A stretch of DNA of 64,000 nucleotides from an uncultured Actinomycetota bacterium (GTDB lineage Bacteria; Actinomycetota; Actinomycetes; Propionibacteriales; Nocardioidaceae). Made by a program: the position numbers and the translations under genes. The stretch lies in contig CAWEMA010000007.1 of assembly GCA_963810035.1 (NCBI GenBank), positions 78,317 through 142,316 on the forward strand. The letters are read 5' to 3'. Numbering within the stretch: position 1 is the stretch's first letter; each line of letters begins with the position of its first letter. Of this stretch, positions 37,328 through 47,464 are shown one piece after another. The notes under the pieces were generated by a model, which ran no database searches, had not been told where the DNA came from, and saw only the letters and a list, made by a program, of their open reading frames with translations.

Positions 37328-37674
37328 GCAAGGAGCGCGCGCGTCGTCGTGCCGCTCGTGAGCACGAGGCGGCGGTGAAGGCGGCCGCCCGCGCCGCGGA
37401 GCAGGAGCGTCGCGAGCGGCGTCAGGCCCGCGCCGGCGCCGTACGACGGGTCACGACGGACCGGCTGCCGCGGGTCACCCGGACCCGCCGTCCGACCGGC
37501 ACGCTGGCCCGTCGCCGCAGGGTCCGGACGTCCCTGCTGCTCGCGCTGCTGGTGGCACTGAACGTCTTGGTCTGGGTGGTCCGTCCCGACTGGGCGGCCC
37601 GCCTCGCGGCGCTCGTGGTCAGCGTCCTGGCGGCGCCCGTGCTGGTGACGCTCGTCCTGCCCCGCCGGCGCTGA
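37324..37674 (+). CDS. Small basic membrane protein
   Basis: GTGA coupling to hisH; Arg-rich N-terminus and two C-terminal TMs. Confidence 0.65.
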   Translation: MSKERARRRAAREHEAAVKAAARAAEQERRERRQARAGAVRRVTTDRLPRVTRTRRPTGTLARRRRVRTSLLLALLVALNVLVWVVRPDWAARLAALVVSVLAAPVLVTLVLPRRR

Positions 37675-37725
37675 CCCGTCAGGGGCCCGCGGGCCCCGAC
37701 TCGGTGAGCTCGACGGAGCCCGTGG

Positions 37726-38487
37726 TCAGCGCACCGGGTGCCCGGCGTCCGCGAGCGCCTTCTTGACGTCGGCGATGCGCAGCGTGCCGAAGTGGAAGAC
37801 GGTCGCGGCGAGTACGGCGTCCGCGCCGGCGTCGACGGCCGGTGGGAAGTGCTCCACGGCACCGGCGCCGCCGGAGGCGATCACCGGGATCGACACCTCG
37901 CGGCGCACCAGCCGGATCAGCTCGAGGTCGAACCCGTCCTGGGTGCCGTCGGCGTCCATCGCGTTGAGCAGGATCTCCCCGGCTCCGAGGTCCGCGGCAC
38001 GACGTGCCCACGCGACCGCGTCGAGGCCGGCGCTCCTGCGCCCGCCGTGCGTGGTGACCTCGAAACCGCTGTCCGTGCCGGGTGCCCGGCGGGCGTCGAC
38101 CGAGAGCACCAGCACCTGGTTGCCGAACCGGTCGGCGATCTCCGCGACCAGCTCCGGACGGCGGATCGCCGCGGTGTTGACGGCCACCTTGTCCGCACCC
38201 GCGCGCAGCAGCCGGTCGACGTCCTGGACGCTGCCGACCCCGCCGCCGACGGTGAGCGGGATGAACACCTGCTCCGCGGTCCGCGAGACGATGTCCATCG
38301 TGGTCGCGCGGCCCTCGTGCGAGGCCGAGATGTCGAGGAACGTGAGCTCGTCGGCCCCCTCCGCGTCGTACACCTTGGCCAGCTCGACGGGGTCGCCGGC
38401 GTCGCGGAGCTGCTGGAACTTGATGCCCTTGACCACCCGCCCGGCGTCGACGTCGAGGCAGGGGATCACCCGGACCGCGAGCGTCAC
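37726..38487 (-). CDS. hisF: IGP synthase cyclase subunit
   Basis: [49 protein letters not shown]. Confidence 0.96.
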   Translation of the reverse strand: MTLAVRVIPCLDVDAGRVVKGIKFQQLRDAGDPVELAKVYDAEGADELTFLDISASHEGRATTMDIVSRTAEQVFIPLTVGGGVGSVQDVDRLLRAGADKVAVNTAAIRRPELVAEIADRFGNQVLVLSVDARRAPGTDSGFEVTTHGGRRSAGLDAVAWARRAADLGAGEILLNAMDADGTQDGFDLELIRLVRREVSIPVIASGGAGAVEHFPPAVDAGADAVLAATVFHFGTLRIADVKKALADAGHPVR

Positions 38488-39230
38488 GATGCGGACCCGG
38501 CGGCCGGGCGGGTCAGGGCCAGGCCGTCCTCGAGGGTGAACCGGCCCTCGTAGAGCGCGGTGCCCACGATCGCGCCTTCGACGCCCTCGGGCACCAGCTC
38601 GGCGAGCGCGGCCAGGTCGGAGAGCTCGGTGATCCCGCCGGACGCCACCACGGGACGGTCCGTGGCGGCGCACACGGAGCGCAGCAGGTCGAGGTTCGGT
38701 CCCTGCAGCATGCCGTCCTTGTTCACGTCGGTGACCACGTAGCGCGCGCAGCCCTCGGAATCGAGCCGCGCGAGCACGTCGTACAGGTCGCCGCCCTCCT
38801 GCGTCCAGCCGCGGGCCGCGAGGGTCCGTCCGCGTACGTCGAGCCCGACCGCGACCCGGTCGCCGTACGCCGCGATCGCCGCGGCGCACCAGGCCGGCTG
38901 CTCGAGCGCCGCGGTGCCGATGTTGACGCGCCGGCAGCCGGTCGCCATCGCCGCGGCCAGGGACTCGTCGTCGCGGATGCCGCCGCTCATCTCGACCTTG
39001 ATGTCCAGGGTGCCGACGATCTTCGCCAGCAGGTCGCGGTTGTGGCCGCGGCCGAACGCCGCGTCGAGGTCGACGAGGTGGATCCACTCGGCGCCGCGCG
39101 CCTGCCAGTTCAGCGCGGCCTCGACCGGGTCCCCGAACCGCTTCTCCGAGCCGGCCACGCCCTGCACCAGCTGGACGGCCTGGCCCCCGGCGATGTCGAC
39201 GGCAGGCAGCAGCTCGAGGTAGTCGCTCAT
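38484..39230 (-). CDS. priA: Phosphoribosyl isomerase A (bifunctional HisA/TrpF)
   Basis: [51 protein letters not shown]; TAGGCT 7 nt before ATG 39230. Confidence 0.92.
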   Translation of the reverse strand: MSDYLELLPAVDIAGGQAVQLVQGVAGSEKRFGDPVEAALNWQARGAEWIHLVDLDAAFGRGHNRDLLAKIVGTLDIKVEMSGGIRDDESLAAAMATGCRRVNIGTAALEQPAWCAAAIAAYGDRVAVGLDVRGRTLAARGWTQEGGDLYDVLARLDSEGCARYVVTDVNKDGMLQGPNLDLLRSVCAATDRPVVASGGITELSDLAALAELVPEGVEGAIVGTALYEGRFTLEDGLALTRPAAGSAS

Positions 39231-39309
39231 GGGCATCAGCCTATGGGCGACACGTCCGCGACCGTCCCACGGCGGCCCCCCGTCCGGATCGCAGACGGAC
39301 CGGGAGAGG

Positions 39310-40797
39310 TCACTGCAGGGCGGAGGTCAGCCGCATCACGTTGTCGACGTAGCGCTGCCGGAGGGGGCGTCGCGCCCACTCCTCGAGGGTCAGCTCGTGC
39401 GACAGGGCCCGGTAGGTGTCCTCGACGGCCCGGACGTCGCGCACCACGTCGCCGCCGAACGCCATCAGCGACACCTCGAAGTTCAGGCCGAACGACCGCA
39501 TGTCCATGTTGCTCGACCCGATCACGGTCACGGCGTCGTCGACCGAGAAGTGCTTGGAGTGCAGGACGTACGGCGCGGGGTAGAGGTAGATCCGGACACC
39601 GGCCCCGAGCAGCGCACGGTAGTAGGACATCTGCGCGTGCCCGACCATGAACTGGTCGGCCTGCTCGGAGACGAACAGCTCGACCTCGACACCCCGTTGG
39701 GCGGCCGTCGTCACGGCGTACAGCAGCGACTCGTCGGGCACGAAGTACGGGCTGGTCAACGAGAGACGTTGCTGCGCGCCGTACACCAGGGTGTTGAACA
39801 GCCGCAGGTTGTTCTCGTTGGGGAAGCCCGGTCCGCTGGGCACCACCTGGCAGGCGACGTCCCCGGCGGGACCGGGGCCCTCCGGCACGTCGAAGTCGGT
39901 GCCGTGGACGACCTGGTGCGTCTCGACGTACCAGTCGGTGGCGAACACCACGTTGAGCGAGGAGACCACCGGGCCGGTCACCCGCACGGTGAGCTCGCGC
40001 CACTGCCGGCCGGCCTTCTGGAGCTTCGGCTTGTCGTAGCTCGGCTCGATGAGGTTCTGGGAGCCGGTGAAGGCCACCTCGCCGTCCACGACCAGGATCT
40101 TGCGGTGGTTGCGCAGGTCCGGCCGGCGCCAGCGGCCCTTCAACGGCTGGATGGGCATCATCGGGTGCGCGTCGAACCCGGCCTCGTCGAGCCGGGCGAG
40201 CATCTGCTGGTAGCCCGGGATGCCGCGGCTGCCGAGGTGGTCGAACAGCACCCGCACCGTCACCCCGCGGGTGACCGCCTCGGCGAGCGCCTCGAAGAAC
40301 GGAGCGGTCACGTGGTCCCAGCTCATGATGTAGAACTCGACGTTCACGAAGCGCTGTGCCGCCCGCACCTCCTCGGTCATCGCCGCGACCGAGTCCTCGT
40401 AGACGCTGAACATCTCGACCTGGTTGTCCCAGGTGCACGGAAGCGTCCCGAGCCGCTGGTTCATGGTGATCGCCGACCGCAGCCAGGCCGGCTCGACGTG
40501 CGCCACTTGCGGGGTTGTCTGCTTCTCGAACCGCGCCGCGACGAACGCGTTCACCTCGTGGTGGATGCGCCGGCGGCCGCGGTCGACCGAGGTGCTGCCG
40601 ATGAGCAGGAAGGCGGCGATGCCGAAGAAGGGCAGGAAGAGCACCAGCAGCAGCCAGGCGCTGGCCGAGGACGGTCGCCGGTTCTCCGGGATCACGCCGA
40701 TGGCGACGACCTTCACGCCGAAGTCCAGCGCCACCAGACCGAACGTCACCCACAGCGGTGCGTTCGACGACGGCTGGAGGTTCATCAGGGGCGTCAT
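39310..40797 (-). CDS. cls: Cardiolipin synthase
   Basis: Two N-terminal TMs; two HKD motifs, [10 protein letters not shown] and [10 protein letters not shown]. Confidence 0.92.
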   Translation of the reverse strand: MTPLMNLQPSSNAPLWVTFGLVALDFGVKVVAIGVIPENRRPSSASAWLLLVLFLPFFGIAAFLLIGSTSVDRGRRRIHHEVNAFVAARFEKQTTPQVAHVEPAWLRSAITMNQRLGTLPCTWDNQVEMFSVYEDSVAAMTEEVRAAQRFVNVEFYIMSWDHVTAPFFEALAEAVTRGVTVRVLFDHLGSRGIPGYQQMLARLDEAGFDAHPMMPIQPLKGRWRRPDLRNHRKILVVDGEVAFTGSQNLIEPSYDKPKLQKAGRQWRELTVRVTGPVVSSLNVVFATDWYVETHQVVHGTDFDVPEGPGPAGDVACQVVPSGPGFPNENNLRLFNTLVYGAQQRLSLTSPYFVPDESLLYAVTTAAQRGVEVELFVSEQADQFMVGHAQMSYYRALLGAGVRIYLYPAPYVLHSKHFSVDDAVTVIGSSNMDMRSFGLNFEVSLMAFGGDVVRDVRAVEDTYRALSHELTLEEWARRPLRQRYVDNVMRLTSALQ

Positions 40798-40840
40798 CCG
40801 ACCAGACTGGCACCAGAAGGCCCGGGTCGGGCCGGATCGA

Positions 40841-41482
40841 TCAGATGCCGAGGGAGGTCTCGCTGAGACGTGCCACGGCGTCGTCGTCGCCGAGCAGCTC
40901 GACCCGCGCCTGGGCGCTGCGGCCGAACACGTACAGCGTGACCTCGCTGGGCAGCCCGCGGACCGTGACGGTCGGGGTGCCCGCGTTGAGCACTGCCCGG
41001 GAGCCGGTCACGCTGTTCTCGATGGTGACGCCGACGGGTGCGCTGCGGGTCAGCCCCTTGCCCGCCGTACGCACCATCGACCACAGCTGCTTCTCCGCGG
41101 CGTCACCGAGCTTCCGTGGGGACCACTCCGGCTGGGCCCGGCGGATGTCCTCGTGGTGCACGAAGAACTCCAGCGTGTTCACGAGGGTGTCGAGCTTCGG
41201 TACGGCGTACGGCGAGTACACGGGAGGCCCCGAGCGGAGCTTCTCCACGAGTACGGCGAACTCCCGACGCCCCACGCGACGCATCTCCAGGTCGGTGAGC
41301 CTCGACAGGCCGGGGACCACGATGCCCGCCGCGGCCGGACTGCCCTCCCGGACCAGGAGGTGCACGACGAGATCCTTGACGGTCCAGTCCCCGCAGAGGG
41401 TCGGCTGGTCCTCGCCGACCTGCAGCGCGACGTCGCACAGCTCGGCGCGCTCGACCTGTGCCATCCGGGGAGTCCTCGTCAT
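40841..41482 (-). CDS. TIGR03085-like DinB/mycothiol-dependent isomerase-superfamily metal-binding protein
   Basis: PTLCGDWTVKDLVVHL, EFFVHHEDIRRA, LYVFGR; TACGAT 7 nt before ATG 41482. Confidence 0.82.
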   Translation of the reverse strand: MTRTPRMAQVERAELCDVALQVGEDQPTLCGDWTVKDLVVHLLVREGSPAAAGIVVPGLSRLTDLEMRRVGRREFAVLVEKLRSGPPVYSPYAVPKLDTLVNTLEFFVHHEDIRRAQPEWSPRKLGDAAEKQLWSMVRTAGKGLTRSAPVGVTIENSVTGSRAVLNAGTPTVTVRGLPSEVTLYVFGRSAQARVELLGDDDAVARLSETSLGI

Positions 41483-41506
41483 GCTGCCGATCGTAGGGTG
41501 GGGCCC

Positions 41507-43381
41507 GTGAAGGACGGAGAGGGGACGCTGCGCGACGGGTTCGCCGTCCTGGGGGTCGCGATCCGGCGGGAGCCGTGGATCTTCACCCTCTCCACCCTGG
41601 GCAGCGTGCTCTTCGGGGCGCTGACCGTCGCGGACGCCTGGGTGCTGGGCTGGTCGACCGACCACGTGGTGCTGCCGGCCTTCGACACCGGCGTCATCCG
41701 GCCCGGGGGACTGCTCACGATCCTCGCGCTGTTCGTCTCGGTGGCGATCCTGCGCGCGGTCGGCATCGTCGCCCGCCGGCTGGGCGCCGGGGTCATGCAG
41801 TACCGCATGCAGGCGCACTACCGGCGCGACGTCACCCGGCAGTACCTCCGGCTGCCGATGTCCTGGCACCAGCAGCACCCCACCGGGCAGCTGCTGTCCA
41901 ACGCGAACTCCGACGTCGAGGCCGCGTGGGCCCCGATCGCGCCGCTGCCGATGGCGGTCGGCACGGTCGCGATGATGGTGATCGCCGTCGGCCAGATGCT
42001 GTTCACGGACATGGTGCTCGCGGCCGTCGGCCTGCTGGTCTTCCCGGTGGTGATCGCCACCAACGTGGTCTACCAGCGGTGGCAGTCGCCGCTGATGACC
42101 CGCGCGCAGGCGCTGCGCGCGGAGGTCAGCGAGGTCGCCCACGAGTCGTTCGACGGCGCCCTGGTCGTCAAGACGCTCGGCCGGGAGACCGAGGAGACCG
42201 CGCGGTTCGCCCGCAAGGCGCACCAGCTGCGGGACACCAACATCAAGGCCGGCCGGATCCGTGCGGCGTTCGACCCGGTGCTCGAGGCACTGCCCAGCCT
42301 CGGCGTGCTCGCGGTCCTCGCGGTCGGCGTGATCCGGGTCGAGCAGGGGCTGACCGACCCCGGGAACGTGGTCACGGTCGCCTACCTGCTCACGATCGTG
42401 TCGTTCCCGATCCGCTCGCTGGGCTGGCTGGTCGGCGAGTTCCCGCGCAGCGTCGTCGGCTTCAACCGGGTGCAGGCCGTGCTCGACGCGACCGGCGAGA
42501 TGACGTACGGCGCCGAGCGGATCGAGCCCGCGAAGGGCGGCGCCCGGCTCGACGTACGCGGGCTGGCCTACCGCTACACCGACGGTCCGGCGCTGCTGGA
42601 CGACCTGACCTTCACCGTCGAGTCCGGCCGGACCGTCGCCGTCGTCGGCGCCACCGCCAGCGGCAAGAGCACGATGACCTCGCTGCTGCTGCGGCTGGTC
42701 GACCCCACCGAGGGGCAGGTGCTCCTCGACGGGCACGACCTGCGCGACCTGGCCCGCGGAGCTCTCGCCGAGCACGTCGCGCTGGTCCCGCAGCAGGCGT
42801 TCCTGTTCGACGACACCGTGCGCGGCAACGTGACGCTGGGGTCCGACGTACCCGACGACGACGTCTGGCAGGCGCTGCGCACGGCCCAGGCCGACGGCTT
42901 CGTCGCGGCGCTGCCCGACGGGCTCGACACCCGGCTGGGGGAGCGCGGCACCACGCTCTCCGGTGGCCAGCGGCAGCGGCTCTCGCTGGCGCGGGCGCTC
43001 GCACGCCGGCCCCGGCTGCTCGTCATGGACGACGCGACGTCGGCGGTCGACCCCGAGGTCGAGGCGCGGATCCTGGCGGCGCTGCGGCGACCCGTCGACG
43101 ACTCGGCGACACGCCGCTCAGATGGCCAAGTAGGTGCCGGGTCGGCAGGGCGCGGGGCGGCGGCGGACGCGAGCGTGGTGCTGGTGGCCTACCGCAAGGC
43201 GACGATCGCGCTGGCCGACGAGGTGGTCTACCTCAAGGACGGTCACGTGGACGACCAGGGCACGCACACCGAGCTGCTGGCCCGCAACGCCGGCTACGCC
43301 GACCTGGTCAACGCCTACGAGCACGAGCAGCCCGACGAGGCCTCCGCCGCCGGGTCCGGGGACGAGGTGAGCGTCCCGTGA
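41507..43381 (+). CDS. Heterodimeric ABC exporter subunit 1 (TMD-NBD, degenerate catalytic residues)
   Basis: GATASGKST, LSGGQRQR, Walker B LLVMDDATS, switch VAYR. Confidence 0.9.
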   Translation: MKDGEGTLRDGFAVLGVAIRREPWIFTLSTLGSVLFGALTVADAWVLGWSTDHVVLPAFDTGVIRPGGLLTILALFVSVAILRAVGIVARRLGAGVMQYRMQAHYRRDVTRQYLRLPMSWHQQHPTGQLLSNANSDVEAAWAPIAPLPMAVGTVAMMVIAVGQMLFTDMVLAAVGLLVFPVVIATNVVYQRWQSPLMTRAQALRAEVSEVAHESFDGALVVKTLGRETEETARFARKAHQLRDTNIKAGRIRAAFDPVLEALPSLGVLAVLAVGVIRVEQGLTDPGNVVTVAYLLTIVSFPIRSLGWLVGEFPRSVVGFNRVQAVLDATGEMTYGAERIEPAKGGARLDVRGLAYRYTDGPALLDDLTFTVESGRTVAVVGATASGKSTMTSLLLRLVDPTEGQVLLDGHDLRDLARGALAEHVALVPQQAFLFDDTVRGNVTLGSDVPDDDVWQALRTAQADGFVAALPDGLDTRLGERGTTLSGGQRQRLSLARALARRPRLLVMDDATSAVDPEVEARILAALRRPVDDSATRRSDGQVGAGSAGRGAAADASVVLVAYRKATIALADEVVYLKDGHVDDQGTHTELLARNAGYADLVNAYEHEQPDEASAAGSGDEVSVP

Positions 43382-45171
43382 CCAGCACCGGCACGAGCAT
43401 GGACACCGGCGAGTCGATCTCCGCCCTGCGCACCATCGCCCGCGGCATCGAGCTCTCCCCGGAGCTCAAGGAGGGCATCCGCGGCACGATGGTCTTCGCG
43501 GTGCTCTCGACGGTCGGCCGGATCGTCGTACCCGTCTCCGTGCAGCAGACCCTCGACAAGGGCGTGAACGCTCCGGCTGGTCCGGACATCGGCTTCACGG
43601 TGGTCGTCTCTCTCATCGCCGCGGTCGCCGTCCTGGTGACCGGCGTGGCGTCGTACCAGATGACCTACCGGTTGTTCACCAGCGCCGAGCGGGGCCTGGC
43701 CACGTTGCGGATCAAGGCGTTCCGGCACGTGCACGACCTGCCGCTGCTCACCCAGAACACCGAGCGCCGTGGCGCGCTGGTCTCCCGGGTGACCAGCGAC
43801 GTCGACCAGGTCTCCCAGTTCCTGATCTTCGGCGGCATCATCTCGATCGTCAGCGTCGGCCAGATCATCATCGCCACGGTGGTGATGGCGGTCTACAGCT
43901 GGCAGCTGACGATCGTGGTCTGGGTCTGCTTCCTGCCGCTGTTCCTGTCGCTGCGCTACTTCCAGCGACGGCTGTCCGCGGCGTACGGCGTCGTCCGGCA
44001 GCAGGTCGGCGCCATGCTCAGCGCCGTCTCGGAGCCGGTCGTGGGGGCGGCGACGGTCCGGTCCTACGCCGTCGAGGACCGCACCCAGGACCGCATCGAC
44101 ACCGCGATCGACCGCTACAAGCAGGCCAGCACCCGGGCACAGGGGCTGACCGCGTTCTCGTTCTCGCTCGGTGGCGTCTCGGCCGGGCTGGCGAACGCCG
44201 GCGTCCTGATCGGCGGCGTACTGCTCGGCGTGGACGGCAACATCACCGCCGGCAAGGTGCTGGCGTTCGCGTTCCTGGTCACGCTGTTCGTCGGCCCGGT
44301 GCAGATCGGCACCCAGGTGCTCACCGACGCGCAGAACGCGATCGCCGGCTGGCGCCGGGTGATCGGCATCCTGGACACCCCGGCCGACGTCGTCGACCCC
44401 GGCGAGGGCGGCACCGACCTGCCCCGCGAGGCGGTGGCGATCGAGTTCGACGCCGTCGGCTTCGCCTACCCCGGCGGCGTCCCGGTGCTCAAGGACATCG
44501 AGCTGGAGATCGCGCCGAACACCCGGGTCGCCGTGGTCGGCGAGACAGGTTCGGGCAAGACCACGCTGGCCAAGCTGCTCACCCGGCTGATGGACCCGAC
44601 CACCGGGGCGGTCCGGCTCGACGGCATCGACCTGCGCGACGTGCCGTTCTCGTCCCTGCGCGCGCGGGTGGTGCTGGTGCCGCAGGAGGGCTTCCTGTTC
44701 GACTCGACGCTGCGGGCCAACGCGCTCTACGGCAAGCTCGACGCGACCGACGACGACATCCGGACGGCCGTCGAGCAGCTCGGCCTGACCGACTGGCTGG
44801 AGACCCTGCCGCGCGGACTCGACACCCGTGTCGGCCAGCGCGGCGAGTCCCTGTCGGCGGGGGAGCGGCAGCTGGTCGCGCTGGTCCGCGCGCACCTCTC
44901 CGACCCCGACCTGCTCGTCCTCGACGAGGCCACCAGCGCGGTCGACCCGGCGCTGGAGATGCGCATCGCCCGGGCGCTCGAGCGGCTCACCAAGGGCCGC
45001 ACCTCGGTGACCATCGCGCACCGGATGTCGACCGCCGAGAACGCCGACGAGGTGGTGGTCGTCGACCACGGCCGGATCGTGCAGCGCGGACCGCACGGCG
45101 CCCTGGTCGCCGAGGGCGGCGTCTACGGCCGGCTGCACTCCAGCTGGGTGGCCCAGCAGTCCGTCCGTTGA
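43378..45171 (+). CDS. Heterodimeric ABC exporter subunit 2 (TMD-NBD)
   Basis: GETGSGKTT, LSAGERQ, LLVLDEATS, IAHR; GTGA-coupled to subunit 1. Confidence 0.9.
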   Translation: MTSTGTSMDTGESISALRTIARGIELSPELKEGIRGTMVFAVLSTVGRIVVPVSVQQTLDKGVNAPAGPDIGFTVVVSLIAAVAVLVTGVASYQMTYRLFTSAERGLATLRIKAFRHVHDLPLLTQNTERRGALVSRVTSDVDQVSQFLIFGGIISIVSVGQIIIATVVMAVYSWQLTIVVWVCFLPLFLSLRYFQRRLSAAYGVVRQQVGAMLSAVSEPVVGAATVRSYAVEDRTQDRIDTAIDRYKQASTRAQGLTAFSFSLGGVSAGLANAGVLIGGVLLGVDGNITAGKVLAFAFLVTLFVGPVQIGTQVLTDAQNAIAGWRRVIGILDTPADVVDPGEGGTDLPREAVAIEFDAVGFAYPGGVPVLKDIELEIAPNTRVAVVGETGSGKTTLAKLLTRLMDPTTGAVRLDGIDLRDVPFSSLRARVVLVPQEGFLFDSTLRANALYGKLDATDDDIRTAVEQLGLTDWLETLPRGLDTRVGQRGESLSAGERQLVALVRAHLSDPDLLVLDEATSAVDPALEMRIARALERLTKGRTSVTIAHRMSTAENADEVVVVDHGRIVQRGPHGALVAEGGVYGRLHSSWVAQQSVR

Positions 45172-45232
45172 CCCGGGCCTCCCGCTGGGTTGACCCGGGT
45201 CTCCCGTTGGGTTGACCCGGGTCTCCCGCTTG
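45167..45232. repeat. Three tandem 22-bp repeats (consensus GTTGACCCGGGTCTCCCGCTGG)
   Basis: Units at 45167-45188, 45189-45210 and 45211-45232; GACCCGGGTC core palindrome; unit 1 contains the ABC stop codon. Confidence 0.9.
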
Positions 45233-45300
45233 CGCAGGCTGCCGACGCCGGACCGGTGGCCGGACGAGGTGCGGCTGGGGACGGTCGGGATACTGGAGGC

Positions 45301-45651
45301 ATGACCCCTCTCTCCGCCGACATCGCCGACCGCCTGAAGCGGGACGCGCAGGGCCTGGTGCCCGCCGTCGTCCAGCAGCATGACTCGGGCGAGGTGCTGA
45401 TGGTCGGCTGGATGGACGACGAGGCGCTGCACCGCACGCTCACCACCGGGCGTACGACGTTCTGGAGCCGGTCGCGCGAGGAGTACTGGGTCAAGGGGGA
45501 GACCTCCGGCCACCGGCAGCACGTCAAGGAGGTCCGGCTCGACTGCGACGGGGACACCCTGCTCGTCAAGGTCGACCAGGAGGGTCCCGCCTGCCACACC
45601 GGCGACCGCACCTGCTTCGACGCCACCACGCTCCCGCTCGCCCATGGCTGA
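45301..45651 (+). CDS. hisI: Phosphoribosyl-AMP cyclohydrolase
   Basis: [40 protein letters not shown]; GATACT 6 nt before the ATG. Confidence 0.96.
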   Translation: MTPLSADIADRLKRDAQGLVPAVVQQHDSGEVLMVGWMDDEALHRTLTTGRTTFWSRSREEYWVKGETSGHRQHVKEVRLDCDGDTLLVKVDQEGPACHTGDRTCFDATTLPLAHG

Positions 45652-46225
45652 ACGTCCGCGCAGCAGGTCCTTCGGCCCCACCGTGCTGGTGGGGCTGGCC
45701 GGTGCCACCCTGGCCGCCGTCGCGGGCGCCCGGGACTGGGCCCGTGCCTCCGGCCGCGCCGCCGGCGTCGACGTCACCGCCGCCGCCAAGGGGTCCGAGT
45801 CGGCCCCGCTCGTCGTCGCGCTGGGCCTGGTCGCGCTCGCGGCCTGGGGGGTGGTGCTCGTGGTGCGGGCGCGGGCCCGCCGGGTGGTCTCGGTCATCGG
45901 TGCCCTGGCCGCCGCCGGGGCAGTCGCCGCCACGGCTGTGTCCTTTGGGCGGGCGCAGGACGACGCCGTACGTGCGGTGGTCGCCAAGGGGGCGGCCGGG
46001 GACGCCTTCACCTCCGGGCTGACCGGCTGGTACTACGCCGCGGCCGTCGGAAGCGTGCTCACCCTGATGGCGTTCGTCGTCGCCGTGGTGGCCGCGCCGC
46101 GCTGGCCGGCGATGGGCAGCAAGTACGACGCACCCGCCGCCCGCGCCGACGCCGAGACTGCCGGGCCGGTCACCGAGCAGGAGATGTGGCGGGCGCTCGA
46201 CGACGGGCGCGACCCGACCGCCTGA
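45644..46225 (+). CDS. Trp biosynthesis-associated membrane protein (TIGR02234-like)
   Basis: [37 protein letters not shown]. Confidence 0.88.
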   Translation: MAERPRSRSFGPTVLVGLAGATLAAVAGARDWARASGRAAGVDVTAAAKGSESAPLVVALGLVALAAWGVVLVVRARARRVVSVIGALAAAGAVAATAVSFGRAQDDAVRAVVAKGAAGDAFTSGLTGWYYAAAVGSVLTLMAFVVAVVAAPRWPAMGSKYDAPAARADAETAGPVTEQEMWRALDDGRDPTA

Positions 46226-46291
46226 GGACGGCTCCCGGGCCCCTAGGATGTGCTCTGACCGCGTCACCGACCTGCAAGGAGCTCTGCTGAG

Positions 46292-46498
46292 ATGGCTCAC
46301 CACGGCAACACCCCGGCTGCCTGGACCGGAGTCCTGATCATCCTGGTCGGGTTCGTCGTCGGCGGGCTCGCCCTCGTGATCCACAACTGGCCGATGTTCT
46401 GGGTCGGCGTCGTCATCGGTGTCGCCGGTCCGGTCGTCGGCAAGGTCATGCAGAAGATGGGCCTCGGGGCCGAGACGTCACCCGCACCTCGGCACTGA
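46292..46498 (+). CDS. HGxxPAAW family small membrane protein
   Basis: MAHHGNTPAAWTG, two TMs, MGLG tail. Confidence 0.85.
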   Translation: MAHHGNTPAAWTGVLIILVGFVVGGLALVIHNWPMFWVGVVIGVAGPVVGKVMQKMGLGAETSPAPRH

Positions 46499-46502
46499 AG
46501 CC

Positions 46503-46940
46503 GTGAGCGCCACGCTCCCGACGCCGGTCGAGACCCGGACCCGCTGGCAGCGGGTCAAGGGGCCGACCCTGCTCGCCGGGGGCGTGCTCGCAGCGAGCCT
46601 GCTGCTGCACCTGCGCGACCCGCACCGGAGCGGCAGCTTCGGCTACTGCCCCTGGCTGTTCCTCACCGGCACCTACTGTCCCGGGTGCGGTGGCCTGCGC
46701 GCGGTCAACGACCTCACGGACGGCGACGTCGCGGCCGCTGCGTCGAGCAACCTGCTGTTCGTCGCCTCGATCCCGTTCCTGGTGCTGTGGTGGGGCCGCA
46801 CCGTGCTGGACGGCTGGCGGGGGCGGGTGCGCGCGGTGAGCTCGCGCCGGCACGTCGCCCTGGCGCTGACGTTCTTCGGTGTGGCGATCGCCTTCGCGGT
46901 GGTGCGCAACCTCGGCTTCGGCGCGTGGCTCGCGCCCTGA
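46503..46940 (+). CDS. DUF2752 family membrane protein
   Basis: CPWLFLTGTYCPGCGGLRA, SSNLL, VVRN. Confidence 0.88.
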   Translation: MSATLPTPVETRTRWQRVKGPTLLAGGVLAASLLLHLRDPHRSGSFGYCPWLFLTGTYCPGCGGLRAVNDLTDGDVAAAASSNLLFVASIPFLVLWWGRTVLDGWRGRVRAVSSRRHVALALTFFGVAIAFAVVRNLGFGAWLAP

Positions 46941-46974
46941 CCGCCGTACCCGACCGCCGGACCCCTGGAACGTG

Positions 46975-47007
46975 CGAGGGCCCGACCGCAGTGCGGTCGG
47001 GCCCTCG
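46975..47007. terminator. Perfect 16-bp inverted repeat between convergent genes
   Basis: CGAGGGCCCGACCGCA-G-TGCGGTCGGGCCCTCG. Confidence 0.7.
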
Positions 47008-47022
47008 TCTGCGCTGCGGGTG

Positions 47023-47352
47023 CTACGGGGAGGTGGTCGAGGTGGGCATCGACACGAGACCCGTCGCGAACGCGATGATCCCCAGGATGCCGAGAACGAT
47101 GGCGATGATGCCCAGGATGAAGCCGGCCTGGGCCATGCCGGCGCCGGTCTCCGCACCGCCGCTGGCCGCGATCTCCTTCTTGGCCATGTTGCCGAGGATC
47201 AGCGCCGGGATGCCGGCGAAGAGGCCGCAGCAGATCAGGCCGAGGATCCCGAGGACCAGCGACCAGATCGCCTTCTGGTTGGTCTTGGGCTGGGCGTAGC
47301 CGCCGCCGTAGCCGGCGGAGGGGTCCGGCGGCGGAGGTGCCGAGTAGCTCAT
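47023..47352 (-). CDS. DUF4190 family membrane protein
   Basis: Pro/Gly/Tyr-rich N-terminus, TNQKAIWSLVLGILG, LGNMAKKEI, GAGMAQAGFILG. Confidence 0.85.
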   Translation of the reverse strand: MSYSAPPPPDPSAGYGGGYAQPKTNQKAIWSLVLGILGLICCGLFAGIPALILGNMAKKEIAASGGAETGAGMAQAGFILGIIAIVLGILGIIAFATGLVSMPTSTTSP

Positions 47353-47464
47353 GGTGGTGCTCCCCACGTGAGGTCGATGAAGTGATGGTGTCGTTCGGTC
47401 GTGCCGGGAGAACGTACCGGGTCCGACGTCTGGGGCGCGAGTGATTCGTGCGCTTGCTGTGAAG

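Noticed and set aside
45167-45232. CRISPR array
   Set aside because: The repeats are directly adjacent with no spacers, and there are no cas genes.
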